DNA from: Octopus vulgaris
Lineage: Eukaryota
Direction: 5' to 3'
Length of the DNA: 64,000 nt
Assembly (NCBI GenBank): GCA_951406725.2
Contig: OX597836.1
Location: 10,540,001-10,604,000 of the forward strand
Position 1 is the first letter of the stretch, and the number at the start of each line of letters is the position of its first letter. Below the pieces are notes generated by a model, which saw only the letters and a list, made by a program, of their open reading frames with translations, had not been told where the DNA came from and ran no database searches. Positions 42,642-57,575 of this stretch are shown in pieces. Both the position numbers and the translations under genes were made by a program.

Positions 42642-43251
42642 ATATTATCGTCGTACCAGGTGGCGCGTTGTGCTTTGAGCTTGGCACCACGTTTCATGCC
42701 CTTTTTTCAGTTTACTCATTTGAAAATTAGTAGTAGCAGCAACAGCCGGACATGTTTTCACGAAGGATTGCAAACAATAAACACCGCTAGTATGACAGCT
42801 ACATTTGTTTACAACTAACGCATGATGGCAAAACAACGAGACTCAAACACACACATACAAACAAAAAGTTTGTCTTGGACGATTAAACTTCAAGCCTTGC
42901 AGTCTCTTTCTTGTGATACGCATCCATTCACGTATCTTTCTAATGTAAAACACCAAATATGTTATACGCAGACATGATAAGAACTCTGTTATACGCAGAT
43001 ATAGTGACAGGTCCCTAAGTGATTTTATAGGGGTTGGTGGGGATAAGGGCAAGTAGTGACCTATAATCGTTATTTGATGTTGAATAGGCGCAGGAGTGGC
43101 TGTGTGGTAAGTAGCTTGCTTCCCAACCACATGGTTCCGGGTTCAGTCCCACTGCGTGGCACCTTGGGCAGGTGCCTTCTATTGTAGCCTCACGCCGACC
43201 AAAGCCTTGTGAGTGGATTTGGTAGACGGAAACTGAAAGAAGCCCGTCGTA

Positions 43252-43317
<66 letters not shown>

Positions 43318-43320
<3 letters not shown>

Positions 43321-43720
43321 CACCACTGTCACCACAGCCGCCACCATCATCATCACCACCACGACCATCACCATCTTCTCCACCTTCACCAACATCTCCA
43401 CCGCCACCACCATCCTCACCACTACCACCACCATCGCCATTGATAACACTAGCACCATCACGAACGCGCTGCCACCATCTTCATCACCACTGCCACCACT
43501 TTCTCCACTACCACCACCACAACCACCACCATCACGACGACGACGACCACCACCACCACCTTCTCCACTACCACAAACTCCGCCATTGCAGCCGCCAGCA
43601 CCAACACTAATGCCGCTACCATCACTACCACCATCCTCATCATCACCACCAAGACCTCTACCACCACTACCACCAGAACCGCCACCACCACCGCCACCAC
43701 CACCGCCACCACCACCGCCA

Positions 43721-43751
<31 letters not shown>

Positions 43752-44324
43752 CACCACCACAACCACCACTACCACCACCACTACTACCACCACCACCAAC
43801 GCAACTACAACAACAACTGCAACAACAACAAACAGCACCACTAACCCTCCCCACTGCAACCACCAACAACACCGCCGCCGTCAATGCCAACAGCACCGAC
43901 GCCGCCACCATCACATCCACTGCACTGCTACCACCTCTACCATCACTTCCACCCCTATCCACCACCGCCACCGTCATCACTACCGGCGCCGCCGTCACCA
44001 TCGTCACAATAATTTCCACCACCATCACCACCACCACCACCACCACCACTACCACCAAGCAACAACTGCCTCCCCGCCAACCCATCATCCGCCTATGAAC
44101 ATTGGACATCTGTTTGCTATTAGAATGCATTGGTGTGTTTGCTGACACAAACAGCTATGTATATGGTATAGGAGCTTGTGGTAGTGGTGTTGTGGCAGTG
44201 GTGGTAGCTGGTGGTGGTTGTGTTGGTATTGGTAGATATGGTGGTGCTGGTATTGTTCTCAGTGGTAGAAGTGGTTGTGTTGTAGTACGTAATTGGCTGA
44301 TTGCTGTAGACACGCTTTACATCG

Positions 44325-44394
<70 letters not shown>

Positions 44395-44660
44395 CAGACA
44401 GAAAGACAGAAACAGAGAGAGACAGACAGACAGTGATAGAGAGAGAGAGAAATAAAGAGAGAAACAAGAGAGATACACAGAGAAATACAGAGAGAAAAAG
44501 GGAGGGAGAGAGAGAGAGATACAGAGAGATAGAGAGAAAGAGAGGGAGAGAGAGAAAGAGAGATAGAGAGAAAGGAGAGATACAGAGAGAGAGAGAAATA
44601 CAAAGAGAGGTAGAGAGAAGGGGAGATAAAGAGAGAGATACAGAGAGAAAAGAGAGAGAG
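43318..44660. repeat. (ACC)n/(GGT)n and (GA)n low-complexity tracts
   Basis: Seen directly. Confidence 0.9.
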
Positions 44661-45209
44661 AATTAACATAAGATGTACAAGAAGTGCGCATACTAAACTT
44701 TGTGGCAGTCAGTGAGTAGAAGAACACCACACACTCACAAACACGCACACACTCTCACAGATTGAGAAAGTATCACCAGTGTCAGGGAAGGAGGAGGAGA
44801 GAGTGTATATGACAGTGTTTATGCTAGAAGTTATATAAATAAGAAACAAAATAACAGCGATTAGCATTTTCACGTTGAAGTCAGCCGGAACGTATTAAGA
44901 ATGAATATGTACGCCATTGTTTTGCTTTATGTAACTTTATATTAAGATATTGTTGTATTTTGGGATGGTTATTTTTTTTTCTGTGATGAGCAGAAGAGCA
45001 GAATGGAGTAAGGGGAGCAAGAGCACACACGAAAACGAAATGTGTTGCTTAATAGGTCACAGATGTGTAACGAAAGATTTCCGGACAATGGACGAGTGTT
45101 AAAAAATAAGAACAGTAAAATAAGAACGAGTGAAGAACAAATATATAGTGCGAGTGTTTATTTGGCAAAAAATGACCTCCCGAAATACAATAATATCTGT
45201 TTCAACTCA

Positions 45210-45980
45210 AGGCGGTGAGCTGGTAGAAACGTTAGCACGCCGGGCGAAATGCGTAGCCGTATTTCGTCTGCGGGTTACGTTCTGAGTTCAAATTCCGCCG
45301 AGGTCGATTTTGCCTTTCATCCTTTCGGGGGTCGATTAAATAAGTACCAGTTACGCACTAGGGTCGATATAATCGACTTAATCCGTTTATCTGTCCTTGT
45401 TTGTCCTCTCTGTGTGTAGCCCCTTGTAGGTAGTAAAGAAATAGGTATTTCGTCTGCCGCTACGTTCTGAGTTCAAATTCCGCCGAGGTCAACTTTGCCT
45501 TTCATCCTTTCGGGGTCGATTAAATAAGTACCAGTTACGCACCTGGGTCGATGTAATCGACATAATTCATGTGTCTGTCCTTGTTTGTCCTCTCTGTGTT
45601 TAGCCCCATGTGGGTAGTAAAGAAATAGGTATTTCGTCTGCCGCTACGTTCTGAGTTCAAATTCCGCCGAGGTCGACTTTGCCTTTCATCCTTTCGGGGG
45701 TCGATTAAATAAGTACCAGTTACGCACTAGGGTCGATATAATCGACTTAATCCGTTTATCTGTCCTTGTTTGTCCTCTCTGTGTGTAGCCCCTTGTGGGT
45801 AGTAAAGAAATAGGTATTTCGTCTGCCGCTGCGTTCTGAGATCAAATTCCGCCGAGGTCGACTTTGCTTTTCATTCTTTCGGGGTCGATAAATTAAGTAC
45901 CTGTTACGCGCTGGGGTCGATGTAATCGACTTAATCCCTCTGTCTGTCCTTGTTTGTCCCCTTGTGGGCAATAAAGAAAT
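45210..45980 (+). mobile_element. SINE family B with four tandem body units
   Basis: Single head followed by ~185-bp repeats. Confidence 0.88.
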
Positions 45981-46642
45981 ATATATCTGAGTTTTCTCAA
46001 CACATGAAACTATTAGCAGGAGATACAAATAATATGCGTGTGTGTGTGTGTATTTGTCTCCCAACACCGGTTGTCAAGCGGTGTTGGGTGTGTTTATGTC
46101 CCCATAACTCAACAGTTCGACAAAAAAAGACCTATAGAATAACTACCAGGCTTAAAATACATTCGATACATTCGAGTTGATAAATTCTTGAAAACGGTGC
46201 CCCAGTATGGCCGCAGTCCAATGTCTGAAACAAGCAGAAGGTGAAAGATACCACTCATTGTTCACGTAGGCCCTTAAAACATTGTCAAGGGTTGCTCTAA
46301 ATTCTTTGACGTGTATCGAGAACAAAAATAGACCAACATCTCCCTCCATTGTTACTTTAAAATGTCAAGGGCAAACTGCTGGTACTCGAGTAATGATAAT
46401 AGAAGATTAAGGATTTACAATAGAGGATAGGGATTTCGTGGGACTTGTCAGCTAAATTATAAGTGGGCCCTGTTGCGATATTCTTTCGAAAGCCATAAAT
46501 TACAGGAATATTTCACACTCGACATTCCGTGGCATCTTTCTTCACAAATGATCCTCTTCACTTCTTTGATGTTTTTGCTCATTCTTCACGTTCTGTGTTT
46601 CAAATGTTGCGCTTTATTTGTGTATGTTTCTTTATGTGTGTG

Positions 46643-46731
<89 letters not shown>

Positions 46732-46819
46732 GTAATATATGTATAATATATATGTATGTATACATATACACATATATATATCTGTATGTATATATATATA
46801 TATATATACATATATACAT

Positions 46820-47222
46820 AGGCGCAGGCATGGCTGTGTGGAAAGAAGCTTGCTTCCCAAAAACACATCGTTTCGGGTTCAGTCCCACTGCGTAGCACCT
46901 TGGGCAACTGTCTTTTACTATAGCCTCGGGCCGACCTAAGCCTTGTGAGTGGATTTTGTAGACGGAAATTGAAACAAGACCGTCGTATTTATGTATGTAT
47001 GTGTGTGTGTGTTTGTTATTTGTATCTGTTTGTATTTGTGTATTTGTATATGTGTTCGCTTGACAACCGATGTTGGTGTGTTTACGTCCCTGTAACTTAG
47101 CGGTTTGGCAAAAACTGACCGATAGAATAAGTACTAGGCTTACAAAGAATATGTCTTGGGGTCGATTTGTTCGACTGAAGGTGCTGCTCCAGCATAGCCG
47201 CAGTCAGATGACTGAAACAAAT
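46820..47222 (+). mobile_element. SINE family A (tail-to-tail with a minus-strand fragment at 47250-47430)
   Basis: Homology to 431-795. Confidence 0.8.
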
Positions 47223-47437
47223 TTAATATATATATTCTTATATTTTTTTTACTTGTTTCAATCATTTAACTGCGGCCATGCTGGAGCACCGCCTTTATTC
47301 GAACAAATAGATCCCACGACTTATTCTTCGTAAGCACAGTACTTTATTCTATCGGTTTCTTTTGCCAAACCGCTAAGTTACGGGGGCATAAACACACCAA
47401 CACCGGTCAAGCAACAGTGTGGGTTGGTGGCAGGGAG

Positions 47438-47522
<85 letters not shown>

Positions 47523-47787
47523 TACACACACATGTATATATAGATTATGTAAATAAATATATATATATATATGTATATTTCTATTTGTGGATACATGCGT
47601 GTTTAAGCTGTTTAGATACGCTTCGTTTTAGTTGCTGTGTGTATATATGCATGAGTGTTTATGCAATTATATACGCTTGTGTTTATGTATGTATACAAGA
47701 TACGTTATTATATACACAACGTATGTTATTTCAGTTACTGTATTATAACTTTCATGTTTCTTTGTGTAAATATACGTATGCAGCTAA

Positions 47788-47860
<73 letters not shown>

Positions 47861-47955
47861 CATATATTCACTTATGTATGTATGTATGTGCGTGTTGTTT
47901 ATATTTCATGAATGCTAGAGTATGAAAAATATGTATATATATATATTTATATATT

Positions 47956-48062
<107 letters not shown>

Positions 48063-48285
48063 TGTGTGTGTGTTTGTGTGGTGTGTGTATATTAGCGACT
48101 ACTATACATAATTTTTGTAAATTTTTGTACTTCTGAATGGATATCTATATATCTGATGTCTCTGTGAGTTAAAAATGTGTATTTATATGAGTGTGTGTGT
48201 GTGTGTGTGTGTTTACATATACATATATGTATACACCTCCACACATATATCTCTATATATATATAGATATACATATATAGTTATA

Positions 48286-48487
<202 letters not shown>

Positions 48488-48748
48488 TACATGAATACAC
48501 TTAAACATTTGCACACACACTAACACACGCGCACACACACATATATATACAGTTATACGTTCATAAATATACACACACATAATTATATAAATATATGTAT
48601 GAATATGTATACAGCCAAGTATACACATATATTTAAACCGGAAACCTACACGTAAACATGAGTTAGTGTGTGTGTGTGAGAGAGAGAGAGAAAGGCAGGA
48701 GAAAAAGATGCCGATAGGTGAACAGGTAGAACAAAGCAGCGAGGGAGG

Positions 48749-48810
<62 letters not shown>

Positions 48811-49276
48811 AGCTAAAAAAAATTGGGAGAAAAATACACACACACACATATATATATCTAAAAAGAAAGAGAGAGATAGTGTAACAGCGAGTGTGTGTGA
48901 GAGAGAAAGAGAGATAGAGAGAGAAGGTGAGATGGTAAGGTGAGATAGCGGTCCGTTTAATGTTATCTATTCTGACAGGCAGATTAGCATCAGTAATTGA
49001 GACTACGAACCTTCCTACTCCGCCTTTTTTTCGCTTTCACTCAATGAGAAATCGCTCCACCTTCCACCTTCCACTGACACTCTACAGGCATACTGTAACC
49101 CATAGCAACCCTTCAAACCAGATACTCTTTCCTCCAAGAAGACATCGAAACAAAGTCAAAATAGACAAGGTAGATCATTGTCGGCGAAATAACACAAAGA
49201 TATGGAAATTCTCTTTGAGTCGATGTAAGACAATCGCAAACGCACCAACTCGCTATAAGATAATTGGTTACTTCCG

Positions 49277-49359
<83 letters not shown>

Positions 49360-49472
49360 TAGTTTTATTTTTATAGCGTGCTTTCACTTCACTACTGAGC
49401 GCAGCTCTGTGTGCCTTGGGTATGTGCTGTGATTTGTTGTGATGCTCTGATGGTTATTGTATTGAAACAGTA

Positions 49473-49538
<66 letters not shown>

Positions 49539-50012
49539 GAGTGAGAGAGCAGTGCATGTCATCAAAGTGACACTGGGGTAAAATATACCAAGCCCAGTAT
49601 ACCCATCATGACTACCCGTCCGATAAGGGTACACTAGGCACATGCATCACAACCATATGTGCGTGGCATGGTGATTTCATATCAAGATAAACAGCATATG
49701 ACCTTGCAGGTGGGGCCCAGTTAGAATTTTCTTCTGGTCGAGTAACTCATCCCGCTCAAAAGGTCCCTGAATAAGGGTTGTTTAAGGATGTTGAACAAAA
49801 CACCCATGTTTCCAAAGGTGAATTATTCAAACCCCAAAGAATCCCTCTCATCACATGGCTACGATGCTCCCCCACTACTTCTGCTCGTGATCAGAGATGC
49901 ACATATCGTCAGCCACTAAGGGACATGCTCAACTGGTTAAGGTCAAACAACTGACAAATAAATCTGTGGTATTGAGCAGAATATTTGCTGTAGCCCATCT
50001 TTTATACCAAGA

Positions 50013-50076
<64 letters not shown>

Positions 50077-50536
50077 GAGTGAGAGAGCAGTGCATGCCAT
50101 CAAGGTGACACTGGGTTAAAATATACGAAGCCCAGTATACCCATCATGATTACCCGTCCGATACGGGTACACCAGGTACATGCATCACAAATATATGTGC
50201 GTGACATGGTGATCTCATATCAAGATAAACAGCACATGACCTTGCAGGTGGGGCCCAGTTAGAATTTTCTGCTGGTCGAGTAACTCATCCCGCTCGAAAG
50301 GTCCCTGAATAAGGGTTGTTTAAGGATGTTGAACGAAACACCAATGTTTCCAGAGGTGAATTGTTCAAACCCCAAAGAATCCCTCTCAACACACGGCTAT
50401 GATGCTCCCCCACTACTTCTGCTCGTGATCAGAGATGTACACATCGTCAGCCACTAAGGGACATGCTCAACTGGTTACGGTCAAACAACTGACAAACAAA
50501 TCTGTGGTATTGAGCAGAATATTTGCTGTAGCCCAT
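49539..50536 (-). mobile_element. Two tandem copies of the (TAA)n-targeted element separated by (TTA)n
   Basis: 49539-50014 and 50077-50536; both begin GAGTGAGAGAGCAGTGCATG immediately after (TTA)n. Confidence 0.75.
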
Positions 50537-51869
50537 ATGAAATTGTCACCCATAATTATGACCCTAGTATCGATCTATTGCATTTCAATCTGTTTTAGGG
50601 TTAGGGTTAGGGGTGGGGGGACGGGTATCTTTTTTTCTTCAGAAATGTAAATAAACCCAATCTGTTTCTTAAACGAGGGACATTTTCATACGGCACAGAA
50701 TGTTTTCACCTCAATAGACGTAATTGATTGGTTGAAATTGCAGAAATTGAAGAAAAAACAACAAATATCTTACAGACTATAGAATTTTCTCAATAAAGCC
50801 AAGAGAAAAAGATGTTTTATAAACACATTCTACCAGTATACGAAGTTTAAAAGTGTTTAGTTACGTGGAAATTATTTTAAAAAACTGCCGTTCAAACCGA
50901 AAAGATCCACCAAGAAAACAAATTCAACTCCAGAGTTTTTCCATTTAACTCACATCTATGTAAAAGGTATGAATTTTCTATAAGAAATTATTCGTGATGG
51001 CTTTCCTAAAAGGATCGAAAGTGCTGAAGAAATAATTTTGTTTTTATCCAAATCTCGACTACCCTCTGCTTCTTAACACACACACACACACACACACATA
51101 CACACACACACACGCACACGCACACACACGCACACACACGAACACACACACACACACGAACACACACACACACACACACACACACGAACACACACACATA
51201 CACACACACACGAACACACACACACACGAACACACACACACACGCACACACATACACACACACACACACACACACGAACACACGCACACACACACACGCA
51301 TACACACACACACACACACACACACACGCCTGCGCCCGCGCACACGAAGTTCACACGGAACTGAAAACTTTAGACTATTTGGCCATTGTAATGTCGTCAT
51401 CTGTTAAAAGTACGTTGGTTGCAGGCAACAAGTAATTTTTGTGTAACGACATGGTTCCGGCTATTAAAGGAAGGAGCAGAGAGAGATAGATAGATAGATA
51501 GAGAGATAGAGAGACAGAGGGAGGGGGAGAGAGAGAGGGAGTAAGGAGGAGGCAAAGGAGAGAGGGAGAGGCAAGAGAAATTTCGTGAGCGAGGAATAGA
51601 GAAAAAGAAACGGGAAAATAGTAGAGATTGAAAGATAGACTGGAAGGCGGAGAGAGAGAAAGAAGGGGAGGGCGAACGAGATTGTGAGAGGGAAATGGAG
51701 GGATGGAGAGAGGTAGAGAAATAGTAAGAGATATGTAGGTAAATAGATAGATAGATAGATAGAGAGTGAGGGAGGGAGCGAAGGAGAGATGGTGGTAGAG
51801 GGAGTGTAAGATGGAAATGGAAAGTTGCTGACAGACAGAGAAATAGAAACGGACAGATAGAGAATAATG

Positions 51870-51919
<50 letters not shown>

Positions 51920-52003
51920 TGAATAGAGAGGTAGATAGATATAGAGGTAAATGGAGAGGGAGAAATGAAGAATGAAAGGATTGGGAGAGAGACTGTGAAA
52001 GAG

Positions 52004-52042
<39 letters not shown>

Positions 52043-52350
52043 AAGAAACAGGGAGAAAGAAAAAGAGAACATCGAATGCTAGTGACGGAGAGAGAGAAAG
52101 AGAGGAAGCGAGATAGAGAGAGGGAAAGAAGGGGAGTTGGTGTGAGAGAATGTTGCAGAATAAAAAAGAAAAAAAAAAAATGTATTAGAGCGCGCGCGTG
52201 TGCGTGTGTGTGTGTGCGTGCGCGTGCACCGAAAGCCGTCCCCGGTACAGTTTTTTGGCTGGAGAAATGTTGACAGCTGTTTACAGAAGACAATCCAATC
52301 TCGCATTAAGACTTCAGAACATTCCAGAAACGTTTTCTCCCGGATTACTG

Positions 52351-52466
<116 letters not shown>

Positions 52467-52559
52467 GTTATTATTATTATTATTATTATTGTTATTATTA
52501 TTATCATTATTGTTGTTGTTTTTATTATTATTGTTGTTGTTATTATTATCATTATTATT

Positions 52560-52595
<36 letters not shown>

Positions 52596-53133
52596 ATTAT
52601 TATTATTATTATCACTTTTTTTCCCTTTTCTATTATTGTTGTGGGTGGATAGGGAACTGGAAAGAGAGAGTTAGAGAGAAAGGAAAGACGTATGTGGGGG
52701 TGAAACAAACAAAAAAAAGAGAGACGATGATGATGATGATGATAGTGGAAGTGGTGGTGGTGGTGGTGGTGGTTCTAGGGGGTGTAGGTGGAGGAGGTGG
52801 AGGAAGTTAGCAACCCATCGTGAAGCATAGCAACAGGAACAGACACGGCATCTTTTCCTAACGTATTCAGGTTGTTGCAATTCCGGTTTGTTGTTTACTC
52901 AGAGTAGCAACAGAATAGCAACAGAGGGAGTACGGTGACGATGATGACGATGACGATGACGATGATGATGATGATGATGATGATGATAATGATAGCCATG
53001 CGGCAAAATTTGAAATCAATTACGTTGAACAAGTAATCAAAAATGTAAATGAAGAAATATAAGTCGGTATTTCTAAAAAAAATCACATTTAGTTGAAAAG
53101 ATAGGCTTTAAATAAAATTAAATCACACAAAAG

Positions 53134-53432
53134 TGGAGGCACATGGCCTAGTGGTTAGAGCAGCGGCCTCGCGGTCGATGGATCGCGGGTTCGAATCTCA
53201 GACCGGGCGATGCGTGTGTTTATGAGCGAACCGCCTAAGCTCTACGCGGCTCCGGCAGAAGGTAATGGCGAACTTCTGCTGACTCTTTCGCCAAAACTTT
53301 CTCTCACTCTTTCCTCCTGCATCTTGCAGCTCACCTGCGACGGACCGACGTCCCGTCCAAGTGGAGAACATATACGCCAAGGAAACCGGGGAAACCGGCC
53401 CGAATGAGCCAGGCGTGGCTCGACAAAGAGCA
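53134..53432 (+). mobile_element. tRNA-derived SINE (family C related)
   Basis: TGGCCTAGTGG A box, GGTTCGAATCT B box, GGAAACCGGGGAAACCGGCCC 3' region shared with family C. Confidence 0.75.
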
Positions 53433-53519
53433 AGCAAAATCAGCAATAATATAAATCCAGTATTATGGTTTCGTCTCAAACGTTTTACTACTTTCAAATG
53501 GCGAAACATAACACTTAGA

Positions 53520-54830
53520 GCCTTTCAAGCGTGGTACACCTTTCAGATTGTTGTACGTAGTCTTTGAAACGGTGTACTTCTTTCTGGAGTCCGCACAGGT
53601 TTTCTCAAAAAAAAAAAACCAACAAAAAACAAGAAAAACCGTACTTTTTTTCAGAAGTCCACTCAGTTCATTTAAAGCAGTGAACATCTCTGAGAAAGTC
53701 ACTTAGCCTTTTAGACATTGTATGTTTTCCAGAAGGCTGCACATAGATTTTCAAACCTTGCACTTCTTTCAGTGAAGGTGCATAACTCAGTGGTCAGAGT
53801 GTCGAGCACACGATCATGAGGTAGTGAGTTCGATTCCCAAACCGGGCTGTGTGTTGCATTCTTGAGCAAGACACTTTATTTCACGTTGCTTCAGTTCACT
53901 CGTCTGTAGAAATGAGTTGTGACATCACTGGTACCAAGCTCTATCGGCCCCTTTGCCTTTCCCTTGGATATCATCAGTAACATGGAGAGAGTGGGTGCTT
54001 GTATGCATGGGCGACTGCTGATCTTCCTCAAATAACCTTGCCCGGGCTTGTGCCTCGGAGGGGAACATTCTAGGTGCAATCCCATGGTCATTCATGGAAC
54101 TTTACCATTTTACCTCTTTCAGAAGGCCACACATCTTTCGAAACCTTGTACTTCTTTCAAAAGGCCACACAGATCCTTTCACATATTGTACACTTACCAG
54201 ATTGTTGCACATAGCTTTTGAAATGTTGTACTTCGTTCAGAAGGCTACACAGATCCTTTAAAAAAAAACGTACTTTTTTCGAAGTCCGCATAGAGCCTTT
54301 GAAATATTGTACTTCTTTCAGAAAACCGTACATAGCTTTCTAGACTTTGTGCTTCTTTCACAAGGCGGCTGCACATGGGCTTTCAAGCTTTGTAGTTCTT
54401 TCAGAAAGCCACACATCGTTTCAAACCTTGTACTTTTCTCAGAGGGCCACACACATCGTTTCAAACGTTGTACTTTTTTCAAAAGACCACATGCAATCGT
54501 TTCAGACCTCGCACTTCTTCCAGAAAGCCACAGATGGTTTCAGACCTTGTACTTCTTTCAGAGGGTCATACGCATTTCAAACCGAAGGCAACACTAATCG
54601 TTTCAAACCTTGTACTTTTTCAAGAAGGTCACACATCGTTTCAAACCATGTACTTTTTTCAGAAGACCACACAAATCGCCTCAAACCTTGTACTTTTTTA
54701 AGAAGTTCACATCGTTTCAAACCTTGTACTTTTCTCAGAGGGCCACACACATCGTTTCAAACGTTGCACTTCTTTCGGAACGATGCACATAACCTTTCAG
54801 AACGCTGCTGTATTTCTGAAAACCACAGAC
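53520..54830. repeat. Degenerate ~38-40-bp minisatellite (consensus about AAACCTTGTACTTCTTTCAGAAGGCCACACATCGTTTC), interrupted by a SINE at about 53775-54110
   Basis: Repeated TTGTACTT(T/C)TTTCAGA every ~39 bp. Confidence 0.85.
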
Positions 54831-56266
54831 TCTCCCACTTTTGGCCCGGTCTATTTTCAAACGTTATTTATGGTTAGAATAAATAAATAAAGTCATTTGG
54901 CGCTGGTATGTTATTCCAATTATCCTGTTCCCCCCTCTTTCTTGGAAAGAAATACAACTTAACCCTCTTGAACATGTTGCAAAACAAGTTAGAACAAGTT
55001 ATATTAATGATCCGTCAAAGAACTCGTCAACGAATAACAACAACACGAACAAATTTTCGAAGAAATTATTATGACGCTTTCGGGAAGAAGAACTCTTTAA
55101 CATTTTCAGGGTATGGGTAGACACATGATGACACGTCACCTCTGTTATTGTATTTTATGTCTGTCTGTCTGTCTGTCTGTCTGTTTTCCCCCTCCTCCCC
55201 TCCCCTCCTCCTCCTTCCCCCTCTTACTCCTCCCGTAAGCCACAGGAATCAACGTTTCGAAATCTTTGATGCTTCTTGATGGTTCACTTTTATTTTTCAT
55301 TTCGGTTTTATGTTTCTATTCTTGGAACCGTCTTCTCTTCATGGCATCCATTTTTGATTGTTTTTTTTTTATTTTCCATTTTTCTTTAAAAGAAAATTGT
55401 CATCATCTTTTCCTCCACCTTGTTGTTGTTGTTATTGTTGTTTTTTCTCTTCTTTCCCCGCCACATTTTCTTCGTCATCATCATCACCATCATCATCTTT
55501 TTCTTCTTCTTCTTCTTCTTCTTTTACTACCACCACCACCACCACCATCACCACCACCACCACCACCACCAACACTACCACCACCGCTGCCCACACCCCT
55601 CCACTTTCTTCTCTTATCACTACCACCCCCTCCACTCCCTCCTCCTCCCCCTTCTCTTCTTCTTCTTCTTCTTCTTCTTCTTCTTCTTCATCCTCCTCCT
55701 CCTCACTCAGCTCGTGATTTCCATTCGGTTTCCACACACCTCCACCTGATTCCCTTGACATCTTCAGCGAACGTGTTGACTAAACTGCAAAATAGATTTG
55801 GGAGGTCGGGCATAAGTTCCACCACCACTACCACCACCACTACCACCACCACCACTACCACCACCACCACTACCACCACCACCACTCCACCACCACCACT
55901 ACCACCACCACCACCACCACCATCACCTTTACCATCGCCGCCGCCACAACAGCGCTCTTTCTAACGGTGGGCAGGGGTGGGGCGAAGTGGTTGAACCATG
56001 TCGTCTGCTACTTTGTTCATCTTCCTTTGATTCAATCTTGTTGCCGTGTAAAGCTGCTAATCTGTCCCAAACACATGGCAACGTCCTACAGGATCTGAGA
56101 TCTCAGCTGAAGACCACGTTTCAAACTAACTAATCCCATTGGCTACATATATATAGACCCTACTTATATCTGACTGCTCTACGGGCTCTCTTTTGGTCTG
56201 TCTAACAATCTCTCGTATACATACATACATACATACATACATACATACATACATGCATACATGCAT

Positions 56267-56356
<90 letters not shown>

Positions 56357-56557
56357 GTTTAAGTAGTTGAATGAATTATCCTAGTATGGATAATTCGGTT
56401 AACCGATACCCGGGTAGCAAATTTACGTCAGAAAGCACGGTTGAAGCTACATGCAAAGGGTAGAAATCACGTGCTTTCGTGTGGAAATTTGTGTGTTTTT
56501 TTTACTATAGATAAATGAAAGAATGGAGTCGAACGACGATTTAACAAAATTCCTTTA

Positions 56558-56640
56558 TTCTCGACACATGTTTCGAAGACTGCATATTCTTAATTCCGAA
56601 GGAATAAAGGATGCATTATGCTGTCTTCTCATCAGGAAAG
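56558..56640 (-). ncRNA. Type I hammerhead ribozyme in a (TA)n/(GA)n-flanked element (56361-56645)
   Basis: UUUC CUGAUGA GAAGAC [hairpin] GUCUUC GAAA CAUGU GUC|GAGA; self-complementary stem III ACAUGUGU; predicted cut between 56563 and 56562. Confidence 0.82.
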
Positions 56641-56657
56641 ACAGAGAGAGAGAGAGG

Positions 56658-56699
<42 letters not shown>

Positions 56700-57310
56700 G
56701 AGAGAGAGAGAGAGAGAGCAGTTGTATACTGTCAACTTAACGTGATAGTCCCATAAAGGGAATCACACCACCGCTATTTAGCCCTAGGAAGCATCAACGC
56801 TTCCTGTCGGCCTTGACACATTTCCCGTGTCCTTATGTTTGCATATATACATATATATGTGTGTATGTATTTGTGCGTCTGTGTTTGTCCTCTCACCATC
56901 GTTTGACAACCGGTGTTGGTGTGTTTACGTCCCTATAACCTAGCGGTTCGGCACAGAGACCGATAGAATAAGTACTAGGCTTACAAAGAATAAGTCCAGA
57001 GGCCGATTTCTTCGACTAAAAGGTAAAACCCTTGAAGGCGGAGCTCCAGCATGTCCGCAGTGAAATGACTGAAACAAGTAGAAGAATAAAATATGTGTGA
57101 GTATGTGTGTGTGTGTGTAGTAATTTCGGTGTGGGGAGTAAGTCGATTACCTCCCCCACTCCAGTGCTCAAGTTGTACTCATTTTATCGATTCCTAAATG
57201 CAAAGTCGACCCTGACATCCTTTATACTCAGACCGTAAAGACGGACAAAATGCCGCTAAACATTTTACTCGGCGCGATAACCATTCTGCCAGCTCTGCGC
57301 CTTTAATACA

Positions 57311-57575
57311 TAAAAAAATAATAAATGCGCCCTTTTAAAGCCTATCCAGGTTCATGGACCCGGTTTCCCGGTTTCTATGGCCTATGTGTTCCCCAGACTG
57401 GACGAGACGCCAGTCCGTCATAGGATTACTCATTTTTGCCAACTGAGTGGACTGGAGCAACGTGAAATGAAGTGTTTTGCTCAAGAACACAACGCGTTGC
57501 CCGGTCTAGGAATCGAAACCACAATCTTACGATCATGATGCTGACACCGTAACCACTAAGCCATGCGCATTCACT
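57311..57575 (-). mobile_element. SINE family C with perfect 12-bp TSD
   Basis: GCCTTTAATACA at 57299-57310 and 57576-57587. Confidence 0.88.

Noticed and set aside
50595-50615. TTAGGG repeats suggesting an interstitial telomere
   Set aside because: Only about three units, inside what looks like a dispersed repeat
53520-54830. CRISPR-like or zinc-finger-like periodic array
   Set aside because: Units are contiguous and degenerate with no unique spacers or cas genes; the period is not 84 bp and there is no C2H2 pattern
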